DNA of 58,398 nucleotides from Actinomycetes bacterium (lineage in GTDB: Bacteria; Actinomycetota; Actinomycetes; JACCUZ01). The stretch's first letter is position 1, and the number at the start of each line of letters is the position of its first letter. A model generated the notes under the pieces. The model was given only the letters and a program-made list of their open reading frames with translations, did not search any database and was not told where the DNA came from. The DNA lies in contig DATBDW010000111.1 in the NCBI GenBank assembly GCA_036269735.1, positions 1 to 58,398 of the forward strand, given 5' to 3'. This document shows, piece by piece, positions 10,569 through 19,547 of this stretch. Made by a program: the position numbers and the translations under genes.

Positions 10569-11063
10569 TCAGGTGTCGGTCTCGAACGGGGCGACCAGGG
10601 CGCGCAGCAGGCTCGAGAGCTGCTGCTGCTCGCCGCTGGTCAGCGAGGCGAGCAGTTCGCGCTCCCGGGCCAGCAGGTCGGCCAGCGCGGCGTCGACCCG
10701 CTCCTTGCCGGGCGGGGTCAGCCGGACGTGCACGCCGCGGCGGTCGGCGGGGTCGGGCATCCGCTGCACCAGGCCGCGGGACTCGAGGCGGTCGACCCGG
10801 TTGGTCATGGTCCCCGAGGTCACCAGGGTCTGGGCGAGCAGCTGGCCGGGGGAGAGGACGTAGGGGCTGCCGGCCCGGCGCAGTGCGGCGAGGACATCGA
10901 ACTCCCACACCTCGAGGTCGTGCGCCGCGAAGGCGCCCCGACGGGCCCGGTCGAGGTGGCGGGCCAGGCGGGTGACCCGGCTGAGCACCTCGAGCGGTCC
11001 GACGTCGAGGTCCGGGCGCTCGTGGGCCCACGCCGCGACCAGACGGTCGACCTCGTCCTGCAC
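10569..11063 (-). CDS. MarR-family transcriptional regulator
   Basis: The winged HTH reads FDVLAALRRAGSPYVLSPGQLLAQTLVTSGTMTNRVDRLESRGLVQRMPDPADRRGVHVRLT. GTG at 11063 is preceded by GGAGGGAGAGG; GTG at 11084 is an alternative start. Confidence 0.88.
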   Translation of the reverse strand: MQDEVDRLVAAWAHERPDLDVGPLEVLSRVTRLARHLDRARRGAFAAHDLEVWEFDVLAALRRAGSPYVLSPGQLLAQTLVTSGTMTNRVDRLESRGLVQRMPDPADRRGVHVRLTPPGKERVDAALADLLARERELLASLTSGEQQQLSSLLRALVAPFETDT

Positions 11064-11124
11064 CCTGCACCTCTCCCTCCGCACGCGACCAGACGATCTC
11101 CGTCCCGAGTATCGACGTGATGTC

Positions 11125-11172
11125 TCTTGACATCAAGACAGTGACCGTGCACGGTTATCTTGATATCAAGAT
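11125..11172. promoter_or_regulatory. two palindromic operators in the marR/tam divergent promoter region
   Basis: TCTTGAcaTCAAGA lies at 11125-11138 and the perfect 16-bp palindrome ATCTTGATATCAAGAT at 11157-11172. An additional CTTGAC half-site lies at 11174. These AT-rich sites stand out in GC-rich DNA. Confidence 0.65.
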
Positions 11173-11195
11173 ACTTGACGGGAGAGGACGCGGCG

Positions 11196-11978
11196 ATGCG
11201 CTGGGACCCGGAGCAGTACCTGGAGTTCGCGGCCGAGCGGGGCCGCCCGTTCCACGACCTGGTACGCCGGGTCGGCAGCGAGGATGCCCGCCATGTTGTC
11301 GACCTGGGGTGCGGGCCGGGCAACCTGACCCGGACCCTGCGCGACCGCTGGCCGGACGCGCGGATCGAGGGGCTGGACGCGTCGCCGGAGATGATCGAGC
11401 AGGCGCTGGCCGGCGGGTCCGAGGACGGGCTCTCCTTCGCGGTGGCCGACCTGCGCGAGTGGGCACCGGCCGATCCGGTGGACGTGGTCGTCTGCAACGC
11501 CACGCTGCAGTGGGTGCCGGGGCACCTCGGTCTGCTCGCACGGCTGGTCGAGGCGGTCCGGCCCGGCGGGTGGCTGGCCTTCCAAGTGCCGGGCAACTTC
11601 GGCGACCGGACGCACACCGCGATGGCTCTGGTGGCGACCTCGACGCGGTGGGCCGAGGTCTTCGGCGGCACCGATCGGGCCCGCCCTGCGGTGGAGCAAC
11701 CGTCGACGTACCTGGAGACCCTCGCCGAGCTCGGCTGCAGGGTCGACGTGTGGGAGACGACCTACCTTCATGTGCTGCGCGGTCCGGACGCCGTGGTGCG
11801 CTGGGTGTCCGGCACCGGTCTGCGCCCATACCTGCAGGTACTCGAGTCGGACAGGGAGCGTGAGGAGTTCCTCGCCGACTACCGCCGGGTGGTCGCCTCG
11901 ACGTACGCAGAGCGGCCGTGGGGGACGGTGCTGCCGTTCCGGCGGATCTTCGCGGTCGCGCAGCGGGTGGGGTCGTGA
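11196..11978 (+). CDS. tam: trans-aconitate 2-methyltransferase-like SAM-dependent methyltransferase
   Basis: ATG at 11196 follows GGGAGAGGA. The protein begins MRWDPEQYLEFAAERGRPFHDL and has the SAM motif VVDLGCGPGNLT followed by CNATLQWVP. Confidence 0.85.
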   Translation: MRWDPEQYLEFAAERGRPFHDLVRRVGSEDARHVVDLGCGPGNLTRTLRDRWPDARIEGLDASPEMIEQALAGGSEDGLSFAVADLREWAPADPVDVVVCNATLQWVPGHLGLLARLVEAVRPGGWLAFQVPGNFGDRTHTAMALVATSTRWAEVFGGTDRARPAVEQPSTYLETLAELGCRVDVWETTYLHVLRGPDAVVRWVSGTGLRPYLQVLESDREREEFLADYRRVVASTYAERPWGTVLPFRRIFAVAQRVGS

Positions 11979-12343
11979 GCCTCGTCGGGGTGCATCACGT
12001 GCAGCTGTCCGCCCCGATCGGGTCGGAGGACGTGCTCCGTGGCTTCTACGGCGAGCTGCTCGGCATGGTCGAGGTCGCCAAGCCGCCGGTGCTCGCGGCG
12101 CGTGGCGGGGCCTGGTTCCGGTCGGGTGCGCTGGAGCTGCACCTGGGGGTCGAGGACGACTTCCGGCCTGCTCGCAGGGCGCATCCGGGGCTGCTCGTCG
12201 AGGACCTGGACGCGTTGGCCGAACGATTGTCGGCAGTCGGGGTCGAGGTCGATTGGGATGACAACTTCCCCGGCTACCGGCGGTGCTACGTGCACGACCC
12301 GCATGGCAACCGGCTCGAGCTGCTCGAGCCGATCCAGAGCTAG
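11975..12343 (+). CDS. VOC/glyoxalase-family protein
   Basis: A GTG start overlaps the tam stop. Motifs present are VHHVQLSAP, FYGELLGM and YVHDPHGNRLELLE. Confidence 0.8.
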   Translation: MSLVGVHHVQLSAPIGSEDVLRGFYGELLGMVEVAKPPVLAARGGAWFRSGALELHLGVEDDFRPARRAHPGLLVEDLDALAERLSAVGVEVDWDDNFPGYRRCYVHDPHGNRLELLEPIQS

Positions 12344-13008
12344 GACGTGCCGGCGCTGCGCAGGCCCGGCTCGGGCTCGAGGCCGGAGAGCCCGTTCCAC
12401 GCGAGGTTGACCAGGTGCGCGGCCACGACGGCCTTCTTCGGCTTGCGTGCGTCGAGCCACCACTGGCCGGTGAGCGCGACCATCCCCACGAGCATCTGGG
12501 CGTACATCCCGGCGAGCTTCGGGTCGAAGCCGCGCTCGGTCAGCTGCTGGCCCATGATGTGCTCGACCTGGCTGGCCGCGTCGCTGATCAGTGAGGCGAA
12601 CGAGCCGGTCGACTGCGCCACGGGGGAGTCGCGGACGAGGATCCGGAAGCCGTCACTGGAGGTCTCGACGTAGTCGAGCAGCGCGAACGCGGCCCGTTCC
12701 AGCAGGTCGCGCGGGTGGCCGCTGCTGGCCAGGGCGCCGGTGATGGCGCCAAGCAGGGCACTCATCTCGCGGTCGACCACGACCGCGTAGAGGCCCTCCT
12801 TGCCGCCGAAATGCTCGTAGACGACGGGCTTGGAGACGCCGGCCTTGGCGGCGATCTCCTCCACCGACGTCGCGTCGAAGCCCTTCTGCGCGAACAGCGA
12901 CCGGCCGACGTCGAGCAGCTGTTCGCGCCGCTCCTTGCCGGTCATCCGACCCCGCCCGTCGCGGCGGGTGCGAGTCGCCGGCCCCCGTTCCGTGTCGTCG
13001 CTCACCAC
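12340..13008 (-). CDS. TetR-family transcriptional regulator
   Basis: The HTH reads REQLLDVGRSLFAQKGFDATSVEEIAAKAGVSKPVVYEHFGGKEGLY. Its stop shares CTAG with the convergent VOC gene stop. The position next to glmU matches the mycobacterial TetR/glmU neighbourhood. Confidence 0.9.
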   Translation of the reverse strand: MVSDDTERGPATRTRRDGRGRMTGKERREQLLDVGRSLFAQKGFDATSVEEIAAKAGVSKPVVYEHFGGKEGLYAVVVDREMSALLGAITGALASSGHPRDLLERAAFALLDYVETSSDGFRILVRDSPVAQSTGSFASLISDAASQVEHIMGQQLTERGFDPKLAGMYAQMLVGMVALTGQWWLDARKPKKAVVAAHLVNLAWNGLSGLEPEPGLRSAGTS

Positions 13009-13092
13009 CGCAGCACCGTATCCCCCGGTGCACCGAGCACCTGCTCACGCGTTGGCGAGGAGTTGTGTCCCGGGTCCCTGCTCGGATGTCCC

Positions 13093-13904
13093 ATGGCCAC
13101 CGATCCTGAGCTCGTCGAGCGGGCTCGCACCCTCCGCCGCGGCGGTCTGAGCATTGAGCAGATCGCTACTGGGCTCAACCTGCGCAGCCGCTCGGTGGTC
13201 CGTCGATGGGTCCGCGACCTCCCGGTCCCGCAGTGGACGGCCCGCCCCAATGCCAAGGACGCCCTGCGTGAACAGGCCCGCGCGATGCGCGCCGACGGGG
13301 CCTTGCGTGACATGCCGTGGCCCCAGCGATCCATCGAACGCAGGGACGCGGCGAAGGCGGCCATGAGAGCGGGTCACAGGCGGTACTACGAGGAGCGTGC
13401 CCTGGTCGAGCGCAAGGCACGCGACGAGGAAGTGGTCGCATCCGCCGAGGTGACCGGATCGTGCTCCGACCGGGACCTCTGGTCGCGGGTGCGACGGCCT
13501 ACTGGGCTGAGGGAAGCAAGAACAAGGAGTGGCGTGTCGCGGACCAGGTGACCTTCATCAACAGCGACGTCGACATGATTCGCTTGTTCCTGGCCTTCCT
13601 GAGACAGCTCGGTGTCGCAGAGGACCGGCTGCGGTTTCGCGTATCGATCCACGAGTCGGCCGACGAGGCGGCCGCGCGGGACTTCTGGGGCCGGGTGGTC
13701 GGTCATCCCGCCGCCACCTTTCAGCGGTCGACCCTGAAGCGTCACAACCCCGTGACCGTGCGCACGAACGTGGGCGCCAGCTATCACGGCTGCTTGGTGA
13801 TCAACGTTCTCCGTAGCAAGCACGTGTACCGGCAGATCGAAGGTATCTGGCGGGCGATCAGCGCGCCTGGTTCTAGGCTTGGGCCACCTTCCCGGATCGT
13901 CTAA
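13093..13904 (+). pseudogene. frameshifted HTH + LAGLIDADG-like (homing-endonuclease fold) gene
   Basis: The first frame (ATG 13093) gives MATDPELVERARTLRRGGLSIEQIATGLNLRSRSVVRRWV...AEVTGSCSDRDL. A second frame continues LVAGATAYWAEGSKNKEWRVADQVTFINSDVDMIRLFLAFLRQLGV...GCLVINVLRSKHVYRQI. The join lies at about 13478-13482, where one missing nucleotide would restore DL-LVAGATAYWAEGS. The 3' end overlaps tRNA-Gln by 15 nt. Confidence 0.55.
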
Positions 13905-13963
13905 TGGCAGGACGCGATCTTTTGGCGGTCGTCATCGGGGTTCGATTCCCTGTCCGGGAGCCA
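13890..13963 (+). tRNA. tRNA-Gln (anticodon TTG), CCA encoded
   Basis: The cloverleaf was folded by hand. The acceptor stem is TCCCGGA/TCCGGGA, the D stem GTCT/GGAC and the anticodon stem CGATC/GGTCG. The anticodon loop is TT-TTG-GC. The T arm is CGGGG-TTCGATT-CCCTG, followed by discriminator G and CCA. Confidence 0.88.
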
Positions 13964-14097
13964 CGGTTCGGATCCCTGGCCAGGTGGGGCATCCGACCCG
14001 CACCAGAGGTGGCGGAGGAGGGGTGAACCCCGGGTATCCTCCAGTTGTACGAGCAGCACGACGTCAGCCTGCCGCCTCGCCCAGGAGCGCTCCCAGC

Positions 14098-15558
14098 GTG
14101 AGCCCCGCCCGACCGGCCGCCGTGGTCGTCCTCGCCGCTGGTGAGGGGACCCGGATGAAGTCGTCGATCCCCAAGGTCCTCCACCAGGTCGGCGGCCGCG
14201 CCCTCGTGCACCACGCGGTCCTGGCCGCCCAGGCCCTCGAGCCCGAGCACCTCGTCGTCGTCGTCGGCCACGGCCGCGACGAGGTCACCGCTCACCTCGA
14301 CGAGGTCGCACCGGGCGTGCAGACGGCCGTCCAGGACCAGCAGCACGGCACCGGCCACGCCGCGCTGTGCGCGCTCGGGGCCCTGCCTCCGCTGACCGGC
14401 ACGGTCGTGGTCACCTACGGCGACGCCCCGCTGCTGACCGCCGACACCCTCCACGACCTGCTCGAGGAGCACCAGGTGCACGGCGACGCGGTCACCGTGC
14501 TTACCGCCCTCGTCCCGGACCCGACGGGCTACGGCCGGGTGATCCGCGACTCCCACCGCGCGGTGGCGCGCATCGTCGAGCAGAAGGACGCCACCGAGGA
14601 GGAGCTGGCCGTCCGCGAGGTCAACTCCGGGGTCTACGCCTTCCAGGCCGACGCGCTGCGCGACGGCCTCGGCCGGCTCGACACCGACAACGCCCAGGGC
14701 GAGCTCTACCTCACCGACGTCGTCGCGCACGCCCGCGCGGCCGGCGGCCGGGTCGGCGCGGTCGCGGTCGCCGACACCTGGCAGGTCGAGGGCGTCAATG
14801 ACCGGGTCCAGCTCGCGGCCCTCCACCGGGAGCTCAACCGCCGTACCGTCGAGCGCTGGATGCGCGCGGGTACGACGGTCATCGACGCCGCAACGACCTG
14901 GATCGACGCCGACGTCGTCCTCGAGCCCGACACCACCCTCGAGCCGTCGACCATCCTGCGCGGCCGCACCACCGTGGCCCGCGGCGCCAGCATCGGGCCC
15001 GACTGCCAGCTGGTCGACACCACCGTCGGCGAGGGCGCCCAGGTGACCCGCACGACGTCGTACGGCGCTGTGATCGGCCCTGAGGCCACCGTCGGCCCGT
15101 ACACCTACCTGCGCCCCGGCACCCGGCTCGGCCGCGGCGCCAAGGCGGGCGGCTTCGTGGAGCTGAAGAAGGCCGACGTCGGCGACGGCGCCAAGGTGCC
15201 GCACCTCTCCTACGTCGGCGACGCCACCATCGGGGCCGGCGCCAACATCGGAGCGGGCACGATCTTCGCCAACTACGACGGCGTCGAGAAGAAGCACAGC
15301 ACCATCGGCGAGCACACCTTCGTCGGCAGCGACTCGGTGATCATCGGCGGGGTGCACGTCGCCGACGGCGCCTACATCGCCGCAGGCTCGACGATCACCA
15401 ACAACGTGCGGCCGGGCGAGCTGGCCGTGGCGCGCGGACGACAGCGCGGCATCGCCGGGTGGGTCGCCCGGCGCCGGGCCGGCACCAAGACAGCTGCCGC
15501 GGCGGAGCGGGCCGCCGCGGCCGAGCAGGCGAGCAACGACGAAAGGTCCGGCGGATGA
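14098..15558 (+). CDS. glmU: bifunctional UDP-N-acetylglucosamine pyrophosphorylase / glucosamine-1-phosphate N-acetyltransferase
   Basis: The start is GTG at 14098. The translation contains AAVVVLAAGEGTRMKSSIPKVLH, and the C-terminus carries left-handed beta-helix hexapeptide repeats (YVGDATIGAGANIGAGTIFANYDG). Confidence 0.93.
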   Translation: MSPARPAAVVVLAAGEGTRMKSSIPKVLHQVGGRALVHHAVLAAQALEPEHLVVVVGHGRDEVTAHLDEVAPGVQTAVQDQQHGTGHAALCALGALPPLTGTVVVTYGDAPLLTADTLHDLLEEHQVHGDAVTVLTALVPDPTGYGRVIRDSHRAVARIVEQKDATEEELAVREVNSGVYAFQADALRDGLGRLDTDNAQGELYLTDVVAHARAAGGRVGAVAVADTWQVEGVNDRVQLAALHRELNRRTVERWMRAGTTVIDAATTWIDADVVLEPDTTLEPSTILRGRTTVARGASIGPDCQLVDTTVGEGAQVTRTTSYGAVIGPEATVGPYTYLRPGTRLGRGAKAGGFVELKKADVGDGAKVPHLSYVGDATIGAGANIGAGTIFANYDGVEKKHSTIGEHTFVGSDSVIIGGVHVADGAYIAAGSTITNNVRPGELAVARGRQRGIAGWVARRRAGTKTAAAAERAAAAEQASNDERSGG

Positions 15559-16535
15559 GCTTCATCAAGACCACGGGCGAGAAGAAGCTGATGCTCTTCT
15601 CCGGCCGCGCGCACCCCGACCTGGCCGAGTCGGTCGCGATGGAACTCGGCATCGAGATCACCCCCACCACGGCGTACGACTTCGCCAACGGCGAGATCTA
15701 CGTCCGGTACAAGGAGTCGGTCCGCGGCTGCGACGCCTTCGTCCTCCAGTGCTGCACGTCGCCGATCAACACCTGGGTGATGGAGACGCTCATCATGGTC
15801 GACGCGCTCAAGCGCGCCTCGGCCAAACGGATCACCGTGGTGCTGCCCTTCTTCCCCTACGCTCGTCAGGACAAGAAGGGCCGAGGCCGCGAGCCGATCT
15901 CGGCCCGCCTGATGGCAGACCTGTTCGCGGTCGCCGGCGCCGACCGGATGATGGCGATCGACCTGCACACCGCGCAGATCCAAGGCTTCTTCGACGGCCC
16001 TGTCGACCACCTCTACGCCCTGCCGCTGCTCGCCTCCTACGTCAAGCGTCGGGTCGACCACAAGAACGTCACCATCGTCTCGCCGGACGCAGGCCGGTTG
16101 CGTCTCGCCGAGCGCTGGTCCGAGACGATGTACGGCGCGCCGCTCGCGTTCATCCACAAGACCCGCGATCCCGACCGCCCCAACGAGACCACGGCCAACC
16201 GGGTCGTCGGTGACGTCGCCGGCCGCACCTGCATCCTGCAGGACGACATGATCGACACGGCCGGCACGATCAGCAAGGCCGCCGACGCGCTGTTCGCCGC
16301 AGGCGCCGCCGACGTCATCATGGCCGCGACGCACGCGATCTTCTCCGGGCCGGCCGTCGACCGGCTGAAGAACTCCAGCGTCAGCGAGGTCGTCGTCACC
16401 GACACGCTGCCGATCCCCGACGACCTGCGCTTCGACAAGCTCACGGTGCTGCCGATCGCCAGCCTGCTGGCCCGCGCGGTGCGCGAGGTCTTCGACGACG
16501 GCTCGGTGACCAGCCTCTTCGACGGCCACGCCTGA
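15555..16535 (+). CDS. prs: ribose-phosphate pyrophosphokinase
   Basis: The ATG overlaps the glmU stop (ATGA). Motifs present are KKLMLFSGRAHPDLAESVA, YARQDKK, DLHTAQIQGFF and DDMIDTAGT. Confidence 0.95.
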   Translation: MSFIKTTGEKKLMLFSGRAHPDLAESVAMELGIEITPTTAYDFANGEIYVRYKESVRGCDAFVLQCCTSPINTWVMETLIMVDALKRASAKRITVVLPFFPYARQDKKGRGREPISARLMADLFAVAGADRMMAIDLHTAQIQGFFDGPVDHLYALPLLASYVKRRVDHKNVTIVSPDAGRLRLAERWSETMYGAPLAFIHKTRDPDRPNETTANRVVGDVAGRTCILQDDMIDTAGTISKAADALFAAGAADVIMAATHAIFSGPAVDRLKNSSVSEVVVTDTLPIPDDLRFDKLTVLPIASLLARAVREVFDDGSVTSLFDGHA

Positions 16536-16549
16536 CGCGCGTTCCCGCC

Positions 16550-17341
16550 GTGGCGACCGTCGCACTGCTCCACCCCGGTGCCATGGGCTCGCGGGTCGGT
16601 GGCGAGCTCGCTGCCGCGGGGCACACGGTGCGCTGGCGGCCGGAGGGCCGCAGCGGGCGCAGCGGGGAGCGGGCCGAGCGCGAGGGGCTGACCGCCGTAC
16701 CAGACCTGGCGTCGCTGGTCGACGGTGCTGACCTGGTGCTCAGCGTGCTGCCGCCGCAGGCAGCGCTCCCTGTGGCCGAGCAGGTCGCCACGAGCGGCTT
16801 CACCGGCACGTACGTCGACGCCAACCCGCTGTCGCCCGCCACCCTCGAGCGGGTGCGCGCCGTCGTCGAGGACACCGGTGCGACCCTGGTCGACGGCGGC
16901 ATCGTCGGACCTCCACCGGCCGAGGGGCATCGCACCCACCTCTACCTGGCCGGTGACCGCGACCGGGTCGCCGCGGTGGCCGCCCTGCTGCCTGGCCCGC
17001 GACTGCTGCCCGTCGTCGTCGGGGAGGGGGTCGGTCAGGCGTCGGCGGCGAAGCAGGCCTACGCACTCGTCAACAAGGGCCGGATGGTGCTCGCCGCGAT
17101 GGCCGCGGACCTCGCCGACGCGCACGGTGTCGGTGACGTGCTCGCGGCCGAGCACGACCGGTCCGACGCGTCGCTGCTCGCCGAGCTGCCCGAGCTGCGG
17201 CAGGGACTGGCCCGGGTCGGCTGGCGGTGGGCGCCCGAGCTGGACGAGCTCGCGGCCTCGCTCGACGACGTCGGGGACGACTCGGCCGCGGTCCGCGGGC
17301 TGGCGGCCCGGCTGCGTACGCTGGGCCCTACCGGCGGGTGA
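16550..17341 (+). CDS. NAD(P)-binding (6-phosphogluconate dehydrogenase-like / DUF1932-type) oxidoreductase
   Basis: The 263-aa ORF begins with a Rossmann-like segment, VALLHPGAMGSRVGGELAAAGHTV. The remainder is helical and Ala-rich. Confidence 0.5.
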   Translation: MATVALLHPGAMGSRVGGELAAAGHTVRWRPEGRSGRSGERAEREGLTAVPDLASLVDGADLVLSVLPPQAALPVAEQVATSGFTGTYVDANPLSPATLERVRAVVEDTGATLVDGGIVGPPPAEGHRTHLYLAGDRDRVAAVAALLPGPRLLPVVVGEGVGQASAAKQAYALVNKGRMVLAAMAADLADAHGVGDVLAAEHDRSDASLLAELPELRQGLARVGWRWAPELDELAASLDDVGDDSAAVRGLAARLRTLGPTGG

Positions 17342-17519
17342 TCTCGTCGGCGTACGCCGGTTCGCGCGTGGCCCGAGGGCACGGCTAGACTCACGTGGTT
17401 GCCCGGCGAGGGAGGCCATTCCGGTCTCCGTGATCGACGCGGCGGTCCTCCACCTCGTGAGGTCCGTCCTCGCCCGGCGTCAGGCCACCCAGACGTTCGC
17501 ATCGAGGAGTACCCCCGCC

Positions 17520-18227
17520 GTGTCCGAGGTCCGCATCACCGCCGAGCAGCGCACCGAGTTCGGCAAGGGCGCCGCCCGCCGCATCCGTCGCGACAACAAG
17601 GTGCCTGCCGTTCTCTACGGGCACGGTGCCGACCCGCAGCACATCTCGCTGCCGGGTCACGACCTGATGATGGCGCTGAAGACGCCGAACGTCCTGCTCA
17701 CGCTGGACCTCGGCGGCTCCGAGCAGCTGGCACTGCCCAAGGACGTGCAGCGCGACCCGATCAAGGGCTTCCTCGAGCACGTCGACCTCGTCGCGGTGCG
17801 CCGCGGCGAAAAGGTGTCGGTCGAGATCGGCGTCCACGTCATCGGCGAGGCCGTGCCCGAGACGCTGGTCAACCTCGAGCAGAACAGCCTGCTCGTCGAG
17901 GCCGAGGCGACCAACATCCCCACCGGTGTCGAGGTCTCCGTCGACGGTCTCACCGTCGGCTCGCAGATCCACGCCAAGGACGTCGCGTTGCCCGAGGGCG
18001 TGACCCTGGTGACCGACCCCGAGGCGCTGGTCGTCAACATCACCGCCGCCGTCACCGCCGAGCAGCTCGAGGCCGAGCTGGCCGAGGCCGAGGCCGAGGT
18101 CGGCATCGTGCACGAGGCCACCGACGAGGAGCAGGCCGGCGAGGCGGCCGACGAGGCTGCTGCTGAGTCCGGCAGCGACGCCTCGGCCGTCGAGGGCGGC
18201 GACTCGGCCGGCGACGGCGCGAGCTGA
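17520..18227 (+). CDS. rplY: 50S ribosomal protein L25 / general stress protein Ctc
   Basis: GTG at 17520 follows GAGGAG. The translation contains [26 protein letters not shown]...[20 protein letters not shown] and ends in an acidic tail. Confidence 0.92.
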   Translation: MSEVRITAEQRTEFGKGAARRIRRDNKVPAVLYGHGADPQHISLPGHDLMMALKTPNVLLTLDLGGSEQLALPKDVQRDPIKGFLEHVDLVAVRRGEKVSVEIGVHVIGEAVPETLVNLEQNSLLVEAEATNIPTGVEVSVDGLTVGSQIHAKDVALPEGVTLVTDPEALVVNITAAVTAEQLEAELAEAEAEVGIVHEATDEEQAGEAADEAAAESGSDASAVEGGDSAGDGAS

Positions 18228-18234
18228 GCCTGTT

Positions 18235-18263
18235 CCGCCGCCGTCGGGGGGATCCGGCGGCGG
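18235..18263 (+). terminator. GC hairpin between rplY and pth (possible attenuator/terminator)
   Basis: CCGCCGCCG (18235-18243) pairs with CGGCGGCGG (18255-18263) around an 11-nt loop. It starts 8 nt after the rplY stop and has no T-tract. Confidence 0.35.
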
Positions 18264-18286
18264 CCGGCGGTGCTGCGGACACTTCC

Positions 18287-18862
18287 GTGAACGAGGACGC
18301 CTGGCTGGTCGTGGGCCTCGGGAACCCCGGTCCCGGGTACGCCGGCAACCGGCACAACGTCGGCTTCATGGTCGTCGACCTGCTCGCCGGCCGGATGGGC
18401 GCGCGGTTCAAGGCGCACAAGAAGGTGCGTGCCGAGATCCTCGAGGGGCGCCTCGGAGGCGCCCGGGTGGTGCTCGCCAAGCCCCGCACCTACATGAACG
18501 AGTCCGGTGGTCCGGTCGCCGGACTGCTCGACTACTTCTCGCTGCCGATCGAGCGCCTGGTCGTCGTCCACGACGAGCTCGACCTGCCGTACGGCGGCCT
18601 GCGACTCAAGCTCGGAGGCGGCGACAACGGGCACAACGGCCTCAAGTCGATCCGCCGCTCGCTGGGCTCCGGTGAGTTCAACCGGGTGCGCTTCGGCATC
18701 GGCCGCCCGCCCGGGCGGATGGACGCCGCCGCGTTCGTGCTGCGTGACTTCGGCTCGGCCGAGCGCAAGGAGCTCGAGCTCGAGGTCGACCGCACCGCCG
18801 ACGCCGTCGAGGGGCTACTCAGCGACGGCCTCGACCGGGCGCAGAACACGTACAACACCTGA
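18287..18862 (+). CDS. pth: peptidyl-tRNA hydrolase
   Basis: Motifs present are [54 protein letters not shown]. Confidence 0.95.
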   Translation: MNEDAWLVVGLGNPGPGYAGNRHNVGFMVVDLLAGRMGARFKAHKKVRAEILEGRLGGARVVLAKPRTYMNESGGPVAGLLDYFSLPIERLVVVHDELDLPYGGLRLKLGGGDNGHNGLKSIRRSLGSGEFNRVRFGIGRPPGRMDAAAFVLRDFGSAERKELELEVDRTADAVEGLLSDGLDRAQNTYNT

Positions 18863-18882
18863 CCTGGAGCGGCCCGGCGGAG

Positions 18883-19545
18883 TCATGGCCCGGCGGAGGA
18901 CCGGAGCTCGTCAAGCAGGCCGCGGGTGGCGATCATGGACGCTGCCTGCAGCCGCGAGTGGGCGCCCAGCTTCACCAGCACGTTCTGCACGTGCGTTCGC
19001 GCCGTGCTGGGCGAGATGGCCAGCTTCTCGGCGATCTCGACGGTCGAGTGGCCGTCCACCAGCAGCAGCAGCACATAGCGCTCACGGGGCGTGAGATAGG
19101 TCAGCAACCCCTCGTGCTCGCGGCGTGCGGGACCGGCCCCCCGGCGGACGGCGGCGCGCAGCAGGTCAGGCTGCACCGCCATCTCGCCGGCCTCGACCCG
19201 TTCGAGGGTGGTCAGGATCGAGTCGACGTTCTGATCCTTGCCTACGAAACCGGCGACGCCGGCGTCGATGGCCTGGGCGACGACGGACGCGTCGACCACC
19301 GCGGACAGGATGACCACCTTGGTTCTCGGATGCTCGGCCCGCAGCTGGCGGGCCACCTCGATCCCCTCGGTCGCCCCGAGCAGGTTCACGTCGAGCAGAC
19401 AGACATCGGGATCGGTGGCCGCCACCGCCCGCAGTGCCTCGTCCGGTGTGTAGGCGACGGCCTCGACGACGTGCCCGTGCGCTGTCAGCACAGCCGCCAG
19501 GGCCTCTATCAGCAGGCGCTGGTCGTCGCAGATGACCAGGCGCAT
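18883..19545 (-). CDS. NarL/LuxR-family response regulator (canonical receiver)
   Basis: The start is ATG at 19545 (MRLVICDDQ). The receiver residues are present: DD, the phospho-acceptor in DVCLLDVNL, S in VILSAV and K in GFVGKD. The C-terminal LuxR HTH reads LTPRERYVLLLLVDGHSTVEIAEKLAISPSTARTHVQNVLVKLG. The start lies 2 nt after the kinase stop. Confidence 0.9.
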   Translation of the reverse strand: MRLVICDDQRLLIEALAAVLTAHGHVVEAVAYTPDEALRAVAATDPDVCLLDVNLLGATEGIEVARQLRAEHPRTKVVILSAVVDASVVAQAIDAGVAGFVGKDQNVDSILTTLERVEAGEMAVQPDLLRAAVRRGAGPARREHEGLLTYLTPRERYVLLLLVDGHSTVEIAEKLAISPSTARTHVQNVLVKLGAHSRLQAASMIATRGLLDELRSSAGP

Positions 19546-19547
19546 GA

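Noticed and set aside
13873-15357. Long antisense or alternative-frame ORFs across housekeeping genes. Examples are 13873-15357(-) over glmU, 7912-9378(-) over the ABC-F gene, 6707-7936(-) over rsmA/ispE, 52165-54018(-) over mfd, 49302-51533(-) over ppc and 9499-11136(-).
   Set aside because: Each overlaps a gene with clear family motifs in another frame. Their products are Arg/Pro/Gly-rich low-complexity strings. I treat them as high-GC artefacts rather than genes.
17386-17519. A possible structured ribosomal-protein leader upstream of rplY, containing a TAGACT -10-like hexamer at 17386-17391.
   Set aside because: Only a plausible -10 hexamer and generic GC-rich pairing were seen. I recognised no conserved leader motif, so the evidence is too weak to annotate.
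18863-18900. Island boundaries were examined for attachment-site repeats, integrases or transposases. The regions checked were around pth/response regulator at 18.86-18.9 kb, at 43.8-44.0 kb and at 49.2-49.3 kb.
   Set aside because: No recombinase-like ORF and no matching direct repeats were seen at the junctions. The accessory region therefore cannot be called a mobile element from this sequence.
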